The translations under genes were made by a program, and so were the position numbers. A stretch of 64,000 bases of DNA, taken from IMG/VR virus record IMGVR_UViG_3300042691_038490, positions 30,860 through 94,859 of that record. One strand, 5' to 3'. Positions 27,202-39,557 of this stretch are shown one piece after another. The stretch's first letter is position 1, and every line of letters begins with the position of its first letter. The stretch comes from a virus. The notes under the pieces were generated by a model. It was not told the DNA's origin, did no database searches, and worked only from the letters and a program-made list of their open reading frames with translations.

Positions 27202-27710
27202 TAGAATGTCTCCGAAGAAGAACGAACACTCTCTACTCGTTCATTAAACTCAAGTTCAATCTTGCGATTAAGAACATCAAAGTTAAATGTTCCGTAGCTA
27301 CCTTCGTTGATCTCCCAACCTCCGTGATATGCCCCTAATCTATCATAGCATATTTCTTCAACAATCGCACTAACATCACCTTCGCCTCCACCAACTTCAA
27401 CAAACTCTTTCTTCTTTTCGTCCCACTGATGTTGATGTCCTAGGTGAGAACCTTTAACAACTAGTTTTGGACAAGACAGCTCTTTGTCTCTGTGGTCTTT
27501 GAAGATAATATCATTGATTTGGCCACTATCTCCACACCCATCAAAAGTGACTTCGATAGAAACTACCCTTGTATCAGCTAAAGTATCAAATAGTGCTTTA
27601 GCATTAACTTTAGATTTTTCTGCTTTCTTTTCTTGACTCTTACGGATTTCCTCCATAATGTCCTTCATATCAATTTTTTTGGTTTTGCTCATAAGAAGAG
27701 CATACCACAC
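27201..27710 (-). CDS. DUF6878-like protein
   Basis: FDGCGDSGQI...GWEINEGSYG. Confidence 0.75.
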   Translation of the reverse strand: MWYALLMSKTKKIDMKDIMEEIRKSQEKKAEKSKVNAKALFDTLADTRVVSIEVTFDGCGDSGQINDIIFKDHRDKELSCPKLVVKGSHLGHQHQWDEKKKEFVEVGGGEGDVSAIVEEICYDRLGAYHGGWEINEGSYGTFNFDVLNRKIELEFNERVESVRSSSETF

Positions 27711-27907
27711 ACTTAATCTGTGTCAAGACCTACGGCGACTTTTCTTTTTCTTCTTAAAAATATTAAAGATATCACACTTATAATTATAAAGTGTTGAGCA
27801 GGCCCAATTGATGCTGTACATTATAACCCATAATAGGAAAACTAATCCAAGTACTCTTATTTCAGAGGATTCAATTAATTTTTCAGTTACTATAAGAAAC
27901 ATATTAT

Positions 27908-30900
27908 TTAGCTCACTCTTGTTTGTTTATATTTGGTTGCAACGCGACCAAGCATCTCCTCTAGACGCTTAACTTCTTCTTCGTAACCATACTTTTGCCA
28001 TTCCTTAAGATGGGAGATCTGATCAACAATACAATCTTGAATTAATCCCCAATCACTACTGGTAAAATTCTTGTCTGTGTAGTCGCTCATATGATCAATA
28101 TATTTTATTTATTTAGATTAGTCAATTACTTATTTAAAATTTCTATAAGATGATCAATAGTAGGATGCTGAGATGGATCTACTGATTGTTTCGATGCAAT
28201 AAGAGCATAAAGTAATATACTAAGTTCTTCTCTATTAAAAACAAATGTTCTCATTTATTTAATATTCCACCTATTTAATTTATAATCATTCCTAGCACGA
28301 GAAACAGACAATCTATTAATCTTATTTAAAGATAAGTTCTTCCTATTTCGCTTTTTAAAAGTCCTATATCTTTTCTTTGTTTTTTGTTTCTTATTTAGCC
28401 AATAGTGAATCGGCTTTGTATCAATATAGTAATATTTTGCTCTTATATATCCAATAATAGGTATAGTGGCGAAAACAATCGCACAGATTAAAAAAGAATA
28501 AGCTAATATTTGATTCATATTTATCTATTTTCCTCTAGTTTATTTAAGATGTCAATTACAATATTTTTATGTTCGTCTTTTAAATTTGAACTATATTTAT
28601 TTAGTATTATTTGAATACTATTATTTCTGAAACTTTTAATAGTATTTATGCTCATCTCATAAGGCATATTTAGCCTTTCCCATTCACTATTTAAACAAAA
28701 GAACAAATAAGATAGTTCATCCTCAGACAAAACTTTAATTTGATTATTTGTTATCATTTGAATACTTTTTTATTATTTCCATCTCTTATTGCAGGAAATA
28801 TGTCTGGATTATTTGGGCTAGTGCCGTGCTTAAATTCAGTATAATCATCATAGCCATCACCATCAGAATCCACAAGATCACTAGCTGATTTTGCTGGCGT
28901 ATAATTATTTGTTTTACAGATCCATCGTTTATCTACCCAATACCTTTGATCTTTTATTTCTGACTTATTTAGAGCAACAGCTTTTCTATCTTCAATTTCA
29001 CTTTGATATCTTGCTTCTGCTTCGTTAGCAGACTCGTATCCAGATTGATTGTAATTATCTATAATTTTAGTCGCTTTATTTACAAGTCCAATAGTTTCAT
29101 TTAAAGTATCAAAGAATTCTTGAGAGTAACTATTTAGTGTTAATAATATAAGAAACAATGTGGTTTTTGCTAGTCGAAAGGGGTCTAAACTCCTAGCGGG
29201 TTCACCACCAACCAGTCCTTGGGTCACGGCTTCCAAGATATCTTTATTATAATGTTTATTTCCCATAAAATCAATAATAAATCTAAAATAACTTAAAATC
29301 AACCAAAATATTCTAAATCTTCTTTAGCTTTCTTGTCTAGTTTAAAACCAAGAAGTTCTATTATTTCTTTATTTGTCATAGGTTTGGCCGCATTTCCTTT
29401 ATATATGTAATTTTTGTCTACTGCAATAAGATCCCACTCTTTTATATTTAGTTCATATTCATTATTTGTTATTTTTATGGCTACAAAGTTAAGAGTAATC
29501 TTAATTACTATATGTTTGCTTTTATTTTCTAATAGTATTATCTTTTCATCCTCATAAGAGTATATATCATTGACGCTAGTTAGCTTTATTTTCTTTAAAC
29601 TATTAAATAATTCAAGATCAATTATTGCCCAATTCTTTATTATTTTAGGAGGACTCTTTAGCCTATCATAGTATAACTCTAATTTATCTTGTAAAGATTT
29701 AAACTTCACATTATTTATTATACTATAAATTCGCCACTAATTATAGTTTTATTAGTTCTCTTATCATTTCAATAGCTAGTAATATCCATAGTATATAAAT
29801 AGCTCTTTTTAGCCATTTTTCTGCTCTATTATTTAGATATTTTAGTTTTTTAAGTATGTAGTTCACACCTTATACTACACAAGAAGAAAAGAATATAATT
29901 TATTTTAAATATTTCTCTTGACTTATTTAGATATATAAAAGAAAATCATACCCATTTTATACCATTATCTTTATTATTACTCTTATGTTTCTTTAGTTCT
30001 TTTATGCTCTCTAACAGAGTATTTTTAATATATAAGTAACAATAAACTATTAGTAAAGGAATACATAAAGCTATAAAGAGTAATATCCCTAAACAGAGTA
30101 AAATAGGCTTAATTTCAAGGTTTCCAATACTCATTTCTATACCTAACAAAGACCTAATATAGTTTTTCATAGCTCTTTTTAATATATCCTTTCTATTTAT
30201 CGCCTCTACGCTTAATATACCTTCTAATCTTATTTAAAGCAATACAAATATATACAGATAGCCCCAAAGTTCCCATAACCAAAGCGGTAATACTGATAGC
30301 TATAATCAATAATACTATTGTGCCTTCTAAACTAGAACCATAATAAAAATACATATTATTTCTTGCCTCCAACAATAAAAACAATAAAATTACATATACC
30401 AATTATTACAAAGGTCGCTAAATTATAGACCCATTCTAAAAATCTCATATCATTTACCAATATACATATACCCCAAAATGCTCAAGAGTATCATAGATAT
30501 ACCCATTAGTTGATGAAATTCACTCATACTTATTTGTGGTAATATGCCATAACCATAACACCAAAGATCATCAAAATAACAAATAAAATGTGCCAATTAT
30601 TCATAGTTTCTTTAGTATATCCTTTATATCTTGTTTTGAAAAGCCAAATTTTAGAATGTTGCTTAATACAGCAAAAAGGTAATGCTTCTCTGATTTCTTT
30701 AGCTTACTACCTTTTTTCTTGAATTTAGCCACGACCTAGCCTCTTATTTTGTATCCGTTTTTTCCTGTGCTAATTTACGCTCAAAATCTTTAATTTCTTT
30801 GGCAATATCGTCCGCTTCTTCTTCTAGCAATTCACGCCTATAATCTTCAATTTCTTTAATAGTATCGTCTGCTGGCATATACTCAAAGAGCATATCTACC

Positions 30901-31899
30901 AACTCATCTACCGAGGCGTTATAATACAAATCATAGATATACTCTTGTTCATCTTCCGATAGAGTTTCCATATACTCTTTAAGATTTTTAAATTGGCTCA
31001 TATAAGGATTCTATTTGATTTTTATGTTTTGTCAATCTTGAGTTTTTTCCAACGGCTTTTCTTATTTTTACTTATAGTTCTTACTTGAATCTGATGAATA
31101 CCTTTTCTAGCCTCTTGAAACTCATCAATACTATCATATCCATCGCCAGTATGGTCATCAAACCAAGTAGCAATACAACTCTCTAGTTTAAAAAGACTTG
31201 AACCAAACTCTAAAGTCTTTTCACTTGGGTCGTCTAAACAAATAATCCTATATTCGTTTTTCATACATTATACCACGGCGTTTTATGATATAATTCAATT
31301 TTCCAGTTTTTAGTAATCCAACTAGTAATTTGATCTGTCCAATAGCTAGTTGTAATCTGCCAAAGGTCACGCTCGATACGGATTCTATCAAAGCTATAAT
31401 AGATATATTGATTAACTAGCTCACCATTATTAAAATCTACAACATCAATTTTAATATTAGTTAAAGTCTTGGGAATTGAAACACGAATCTTACCGCCAAC
31501 CGCATATTCACCGATCTTGAATGTTTTTGTCATAAGACCGAATATAATTTGAATTTAAATTACGATCAAGAATTATTATTTGAAATCAGATAAACAAACC
31601 AAAGAAAAAATGCTGTGATAGCTAATGGAACAATTAATCCCATATCAGTAAATATTTTCTACGAAATGGATAGCTTCTTCTCTAATATACCAATCCCAAG
31701 ATTCTCCTACCAAAACGCAATAATGTTCACTATTAGGAACGCTGGTAATTTTACCATAGAATTGAGTTCCATCTATTTGAAACATAACTTGACGACCAAT
31801 ATTTTTTTCCATATTAACTATCTTTGCTTTATCATTAGTAGAAGTATCCGCAGTTGGTGGATATTTCGCATCATAGTCTAACGGATTTGCATTGTTCAT
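27908..31899 (-). CDS. Cluster of small hypothetical ORFs
   Basis: Co-oriented short ORFs; 28754-29302 carries a DSDGDGYDD..E..GTSP Ca-binding repeat. Confidence 0.5.
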
Positions 31900-32231
31900 C
31901 TTTTATCTCCGCTTCCTTTTATTTTACCTCTATTCATACGATCTTGCAATTTACTTAAATTAAGTTTAGCGACATCTCCAAGATTAACGCCAATCTCATC
32001 TGCGATTGTAGCACAATACCAAAGAACATCGCCAAGTTCATCAAAGATTTCCGCTTTAGCTTTCTCATCTAAATTGCCATTATTATCTCTCATAACCTTC
32101 TTGACTTTATTAGCGACTTCTCCTGCTTCACCAGCAAGTCCTAAAGCAGTATAATACAACCCTTGATTCTTAAATACTTTTGGGTAAAAAGCGGTTCTAC
32201 TAGCATTAGTCTGATAATTGTCAAATGTCAT
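31896..32231 (-). CDS. mazG: MazG-like NTP pyrophosphohydrolase
   Basis: LGLAGEAGEV..KK..ELGDVLWY..N..KL..R. Confidence 0.9.
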   Translation of the reverse strand: MTFDNYQTNASRTAFYPKVFKNQGLYYTALGLAGEAGEVANKVKKVMRDNNGNLDEKAKAEIFDELGDVLWYCATIADEIGVNLGDVAKLNLSKLQDRMNRGKIKGSGDKR

Positions 32232-33229
32232 TTCTTTTTAGAGATTTTAATTGTGTCCAAGCCTTTGAGTAAAGCATTATTAAAACCAATATTTATATAC
32301 TGGTCATCAGTAATTGTTTCTTTACCAAAGTTAATAAAGTAATCTCTCATAGCATCGCCCATATCTACTTTAAGATCATAGTGAGCTTTCTTAAGAAACT
32401 TACCTACTTTAAGATAGTAAGGGTCTTGCTTCTTCTTCTTCACGCTCTTATCCTACGCTCTTTTCCCTTTTGAGTCAAGAGCAATTTGCTTCTCATCTTC
32501 TCAAACTTTTTAATTATAATTGGATTCTCTACATTTCTTAAAGCCATATCAATAGCATAGATAAGAGAAATCTTATCATCGAAACCTAGTTGATTTAGTT
32601 GAGGAGTTTGCTTATACATTTTATTCTTTATTACCTTTAGTTTTATACGAAAATATCTTTTTTGTCCAGTCAAAATTTTTAGCTGGATAACCTTTGATAT
32701 TTAAAGTAGAAGGTTTATTAAATAAAGCAATCGCTTCATCCAACTTCTTCTCCATACGCTCTAGAATGTCATTCACTTCTTTTAATTGCTCTAACTCTTT
32801 TTTTGAATATGCCATATTAAAATTCCTTTCTAAAGACCTTTACATTCATATTAGGATCATTTTTTCCGTTGTCAAGAGTGTTATATTTACTATTGTAAAA
32901 ACTTTGATTATCTTCATCCATACCAACAGGAAACCAACCCTCTTTTTCTTGGACTTGATCTACACTTGCACATCCAATAAAAAAGAAAGTGAGAAAAATC
33001 CAAGCAATTACTATCATAACAAAAGCAACTGCTTTACGAAAATTAAACGCCATCTCTTAACCTAATTGTTTGCGAGATTATTTTATTTTCTTTAACTTCG
33101 ATAACTTCTGCAACGCTCAACCTTGCGTCTTGGCAAGGAGAAAAATTACAGAACCAAGCTATGAAAAATATGTCTATTGGCGACCACATAATTTTATTTT
33201 AAATGTTTTTTATTTTATGTCAAATTTTA

Positions 33230-33262
33230 AATAGGGCATTGGACTTGAACCAATACCCTATT
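33230..33262 (-). other. 13-bp hairpin with T-loop (GTTCAAGTC) after a small basic ORF
   Basis: AATAGGGTATTGG-TTCAAGT-CCAATGCCCTATT. Confidence 0.55.
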
Positions 33263-34639
33263 ATTAATTACTTGGCCGAGACAGAAACTACTGAACCACC
33301 AGTTTTGTTAGCGAAACGCTTACTGGCGATCTTTGCACCACGAAGGGTAGGGTAGCTCTTTGGAGCTACAACTACTTGTCCGCTGGTAGCTTTTACTGAC
33401 CAAGTATATTGGGTTTGAGTTGTATTCATATTGTTATATTAATATATATATTGGATAATGTCAATATATTATTTATTATTTTTTCTTAAATTTTTCTTCA
33501 ACTACTTCGGGGTTAGCATCTTCTTTATTAAAGATTCTGCTTTTAGGAGCTTTGACTCTCTTTCCTGTAATATCTACTCCACGCTTTAGGTTTCCCCAAG
33601 GGTTCATACCAGAGTTTTTAAGGTTATTTTGAAATACCCTAATGTCTTTTAGTTCTTGTTTTGTTAATGCCATAGTTAGTATATACTAACTGAATTTAAA
33701 ATTTAGATCAAGTTATTTTTTATATTTACAAGCAGAACACCCACAACCCAACTTAATACCAAGCAACCACTTAAACGCTTTTTTTAGCTTTTTTAGCACT
33801 TTTCTTTTTAGCTTTCTTTTTCTTTGGTTTAACTTCAATTTCTTCTATTAATTCTTCTTTGTCCCACTCTGCGTCAATAGCTTTTAATTCTTTATGAAGC
33901 GTAATCTTATCTTGAATAGCCCAAACTGCATCTTCAATTTTCCACTTAATACTATCAAAGATATTTAGTAGCCAGTTCATACGAACCTAACTCCAAAAAT
34001 ACTACCAAGGATGAAACAGCTTGAAATGATTAAAAGTTCCATAATTTCCTTATTTCTATTTACACCTAGTTTTTAGGCTTTTCCTTGGATTTTTTATTAT
34101 GCTCTAGAACATCATCTAGGTATTTATTAATCATATTACGAATAGTTCTTTCCTTCTCTAAATCTTTATGGAAATAGGTTTTTTCTAATTTTAATAATTC
34201 ATCTCGCCAATGATTAAGAGAAGCTATATGTTCAGTTAAAAATTCAATTTTATTAGATTTCTTGGGTGGCATTTTTTACCTCTCTTTTCCATATATTAAC
34301 AATTTTTTCTGTATCTGCAACATCATAATACTCATTACTTCTTAAAAGATAAAATGTTTTTTCCGCTGATTCTATCCTATCAGAGATTTTCCTAAAGCCT
34401 TGTTTTAGTTCTTCTTTATCTCTATAATGATAGCTTTGCATATATGGATTTTGACTTTCTTTACTCATAATACTTTGAGTCAGAAGATAGCCATTATGTT
34501 CATCTTTTTGACAAAGAATAACATTTTTATATTTTTCTTTTGAATAAAGATCAGCAAATTCCTTTGATAAGTTTAAATGAAATATACAATTATGATAATA
34601 TACGCCAAAGAAACTGACACTATCATCAATAATCATATA

Positions 34640-35119
34640 CTATATTCTATCAAAAACTTTAACTTTTACAATCTTTGGATGAGTATTAGCGAATCTTATT
34701 GCGTCTTTCTTGTTAAGAAAAAATACATCAATAACTGGATATTTACCACCACTAGCCTTCTTTCTTATAACTGCTGTGCCAGTATCGTGAGCATATCTAA
34801 ATCCAAGATTAGGAATATAAATTCTACTAAAATAAGGAATAATACGAGGATCAACGGCTACTGAAATATTAGGTTTAAGTGTCACACCAGTAGAGCTTTG
34901 ACGCTTTGCACTCCAACTATCTGTATCACCACCTTTTGCCCAATAGGTAGTGATACGAACCTTAATTTCTTTTTTAGGAAGATTAGCTTTTAAGAAGCGA
35001 TCAGTCTTGACACATCTTTCAGAAATCTCTTTGTAAGATGATGATGGTGCGATAATTTCTGGTTTAAATAAAAACCAGATACCACATAACAACACGGATA
35101 AACGGCATAGTATTTGCAT
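34640..35119 (-). CDS. 3D-domain protein (MltA-like peptidoglycan-acting)
   Basis: TTYW, AVDPRIIP, AHDTG, VIDVF. Confidence 0.85.
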   Translation of the reverse strand: MQILCRLSVLLCGIWFLFKPEIIAPSSSYKEISERCVKTDRFLKANLPKKEIKVRITTYWAKGGDTDSWSAKRQSSTGVTLKPNISVAVDPRIIPYFSRIYIPNLGFRYAHDTGTAVIRKKASGGKYPVIDVFFLNKKDAIRFANTHPKIVKVKVFDRI

Positions 35120-35486
35120 AACTTGTCCTCCTTGAATTAAATTTAATTTAAATTGAAAAAAATGTCAAGCCAGATTAGCTTCTTCTGGCGACCACGAAAC
35201 TCCTATTATAATTATTAGACTTCATAACAAATAGATTACACCCATAACTCGGTATTTTCACCGAATTAAGGGTGGAATCGTATTATACTTATTTCGTTAC
35301 TAGGACTGAATTACGGAGCTTGGTGGTTAATTTACGCTTATCAAAAGAACGCCAATGACGAGCGTGTTGATTAACCTTGTCAAGAACCTTACTCTCACTA
35401 ATGGTAAATGTGCCATCAGTATTATCAGTCATCTTAACGAAGTATGTTTTAGGTCTAATTGCCATAATGATTATATTAATTGATAT

Positions 35487-35900
35487 TTAAGGGTTTGTCA
35501 AATTTAATTTATCGAATTTACCTTGAGCATTACTAAAATAGACATTCTTAAAATTTAATTGTTTAATCATATCACAGCATCCAGAGCAAGGAGCAGAGAA
35601 ATCTAGCATATTATTTCTGTTAATCCTTGTATTTACAAGAGTTAGGCGAGAGCAATCTTCTTCGCCAAGTCTAATTACTGCACTTAATTCACTATGAGTT
35701 CCAACAATATTTGAAATCTTTTCGTTATTTTTATTAACATAATTGTATTTAAGATTAAGAGGATGAGTTTTCGGTGAGTTTAATCCAATACTTATAATAC
35801 GATTACGGTCAAGAATAAAACTAAAATGACGACAACGCAAATCTGCATTATGCTTATTGATAAGAGCATAACTAACCTCAATGATTTTATTAAAATTCAC
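35487..35900 (-). CDS. Cytidine/deoxycytidylate deaminase-like protein
   Basis: HSE...PCSGC zinc motif. Confidence 0.75.
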   Translation of the reverse strand: MNFNKIIEVSYALINKHNADLRCRHFSFILDRNRIISIGLNSPKTHPLNLKYNYVNKNNEKISNIVGTHSELSAVIRLGEEDCSRLTLVNTRINRNNMLDFSAPCSGCCDMIKQLNFKNVYFSNAQGKFDKLNLTNP

Positions 35901-38882
35901 TAGGTCTTTTTATACTATTTATATTTACTTTTGTAAAGTATTTTTTATATATTCCAAATGATTATCTTTACCTAGTGTTGCATCTAAATAATTACAAATA
36001 TTATCCCATCTCTTATATGATTGATACGCTTTTATCGTGCGATCTAAATTTTTACCAGTAAAGAATCCAAAAAAGAATACAAGACAAAATACTATTATTG
36101 TTTTACTCTTTGTCATCCTTTCTTTTGTCCATATTTTCGTATTCTTGTTCAATCTTTTTTCCTTCTTGATCTAATTCATCTTGAAAGTCTTTTAAATATT
36201 GGTCAATCTTGTCTAAGTCTGGAGCTTTTGGAGAGTAAATATTGCTAACATAATTTGTATTACTATTGCCAAACAGGATACGAGCGATAGTATAAGCACC
36301 AAGAATCTGCAAGAAAGAAAAATGCAAATCGTAAAGTGGAGCAAAAAGAAAATTCCAAATAACCCAAATAACACCACTATAAACAAAACCAAAGAAAAGA
36401 TAAGTGGTAGCTAAATTAAGCCAATCTACTTTATATTTCATTAAATTGTATGGATAAACATTGGGGTAAATTCCCCAACATAAGCACCACGAATATTAAA
36501 TTCAAAGTAATCAATCGCATCTGTTTCTGGATCTTCTTCATCCTCAAATTGTTCTGCAAGAATATTTAAACATTTCTCGATAGAATAAATTGTGACAGGA
36601 TTACCCTGTGAATTTTCTCCAACGCCAAGGAAAGCCTCGTCAAATCCATCTGCGAGTAAAATTTTGTCTACATAATCTGGATATGTAGTTTCAATAAAGT
36701 CGGTAATCTTTTTGCTATGTTTGCTTAATTTCATAATTGCTAATGTATATGGTGTCCTCTTAACCTTACTTATACTCACATTTTAACTTACACGCAAGTA
36801 TTTTTTTAGTTAATCCAAAGTCTATTGATAATCTCCTCTGATTTTTTGTGGGAAACTTTAGAAAGACAAAAGAAAAACTTGCTGACGCTCAATGAAATAG
36901 AGCTAAAAACAGAGAGAATCATTTGATAAGCAAAAAGCACAATCAAAGATAAGTCTGCAAGAATCTCTGATGTTAAAGGTCTTGCAAAAGAAAATAAACC
37001 TTTAATACTTTTAAAGGTTTCAGAAACAACATAACTTGCTGTCATAAGAGCAAGAAAAGCGAAACCAAAAATAGTATTAATAAAATCTGAAACAAATCTC
37101 ATCTTTTGAAATGCTTTTTCAGTTTCTTTACAAGACCTTCTACCTTATCGAGTTCTTTCCAATTTACGCCAGCAATATGCTTGTGGTTTTCATCGTGCCA
37201 TTTGATTAAAGTTTTAATATCTTCTTCAAGATCAACAAGGTCTTTGTTTAAGTGCGATACTAATGTTTTTGCATTTTCCATAGATTTATCCTAAAAATTT
37301 TCTCAAGTAATCATTCATTTCTTCTTCTTGCTCAATGATATATTTAAACTTAACATAAAACTCGTGGAGTTTATCCGTTGGCATTTCTTCTCTTTTTTCA
37401 TACCACGCAACAAATTCTTTCATTGTGCGAAGTGCCTTAACTGGTTCTTCCATACAAAAGATAATATACTAGATTTATTTTTTCTTCAACTTTAATTTTG
37501 CGTGATCTGCGAATAACTTTGGGTCGTCTTTATATATTTTTTCAAGACAACTTTTCGTAAATTCTCTTAAATCTTTTTCGTCTTTAATCGCATCTACAAT
37601 TTTTTTAGCCATAGCAGAAAAAGTCTTTTCTTCTTTTTCTATTTCTTTTACTATTCTAGGTTTTTCTTTCTTTGCCATACTTCTAATTACACATTAGAAA
37701 TTAAATTCAAACTGCTCTGCTATATATTTTGGATTAGTCTCAAACTTTTCCGAGTATCTTTGGCAGAGTTCATAGTCCGAAAGATGAACATAAAACTCCA
37801 TAACTCTATCCACAAGAGTAGCTTGATCTTCTTTTAGATAGGCTTTCTTTAAGCTATTTAAAATCATATCTCTAGGATTTGTATGTCTAATAACACTATT
37901 CATTTTCTTTCTCCAATAAAAATTCTGGAATCATATCTTCTTTTGCGTTCTTATCTTCAATAACATCAATCCAGTTCGATAGATTTCCATACTTTACGCC
38001 TTGCATCAAATCTTCATAAAGACATTCAACGGCTCTTTCAACCATTTCTTGATTATCCATATCTACAATATAATTTAAATCTAAACAGACTCGTCCTAGT
38101 TTCATTGTGTATTTTTATACTCCTTTACAAATTCACTAGCTTCCTCAAGAGCATTATTAAAGTGCATTGTCCTACAATCGTGAGGACAATCTTCGTCAGC
38201 TTGATTAACAAGCTCCTCTAGAAGTCTAATTGCTTTTTCCATATCTTTATTTTGCCTTCTTTTCATCTTTTGTCAAACCAAATCCTAACTTTGGTCTTTC
38301 ATCTTCGCTAAACAATTCTATAACACGAATGTTACTTACCAAATGCCAGTCACTATTAATTTTCATACACATCTTTGCTGGTGAAATTTCTGTGACCTTG
38401 CCTTCTTGAATTGCATATTTATTAATAGGATAATTCAAGTAAAGAATCTTGCGATCAACTAAATCTTCTAGTTTCATTTATCCTCCGCTTTCATATCGTT
38501 AAAATAAAACTCTATCTTTTCTACCAATTTAATATACTTATCGGTAGCATCATAAGATATAGATATTTCTTCCAAGAAATCTTTATCAGTTAAAAGATCA
38601 CCAAGAAGTTTCATACCTATCTCAATTTCGCCGTCTGTAAAATAAGAAGATGCTTTCATAATTAGTTTATATGATTTTTATTGTATATAGTCAATTCAAA
38701 AATTGTCCAGTTTAAAACTATGAGAGAAAAGTTTAGCTTTGGATTATGGTCTGCTTCATAAAAGTCTGTATTAACATTTAAGTCAAAGAAAGTTATACCA
38801 TCTTCTGCTTTTCTTATTTGATAAAAAACACAAAAGTCTATTGCATAATTCTTTGATATAGAAAAAGAAATACAAGGAATCA

Positions 38883-39557
38883 TTAGAAAGGTTTTAGAAC
38901 ATAGCCCCAATAATCGCTATCTGCTTGCTTCTGAATATCATCCCACATAAGACAACGGACGATATAAGATGGAACACCTAACTTATCACAATTATCAATC
39001 CAATGCTTTTCCATCGCTTTGTATTTCATAGCACCAATCTTTGACTTGGTATATTTTAAATTCTCCATACCATAGAAGCGAAGATGGTGAACATCACCAC
39101 ATACAACTTTGGTATGATTAGGATTAATCATCTCCAGAGCAAAGCTAACTTTAGCATAACTCAATCCACGAATACGCTCAACAAGACTATCACGAACCTT
39201 TACATAATGTTTCTTGTTATAGCAAGCGAAGTCTTGAGGGTTCTGCCAAAAATCTTTTGCAAAATCCCAAATATAATCTGTGCGTTCATTCTGACAACCA
39301 ACGCCAGAGCGAGTAAGACGCTTCAACAATTCTTTGCGGTTGTATCTCCAATAAATAAAATCACGAATAGCAAGATAGCCCTTGATATTACCTTCCCAAG
39401 TAGTATGAACAGAGCAGAAAGCAAAAAGCCAACGCCTAAAAATATCTTCATTATTAGTGGGCTTTAGGGTTTCCCAATACTGCTTGTATGCTTCGACCTT
39501 GTGAGCGTGAAGCTCGTTAAAGGTAGCAAAAAACTGATCTGGTTTAGCTGTGTCCAT
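38883..39557 (-). CDS. HhH DNA glycosylase-like protein (OGG-like)
   Basis: LVERIRGLSYAKVSFAL...CGDVH. Confidence 0.55.
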   Translation of the reverse strand: MDTAKPDQFFATFNELHAHKVEAYKQYWETLKPTNNEDIFRRWLFAFCSVHTTWEGNIKGYLAIRDFIYWRYNRKELLKRLTRSGVGCQNERTDYIWDFAKDFWQNPQDFACYNKKHYVKVRDSLVERIRGLSYAKVSFALEMINPNHTKVVCGDVHHLRFYGMENLKYTKSKIGAMKYKAMEKHWIDNCDKLGVPSYIVRCLMWDDIQKQADSDYWGYVLKPF

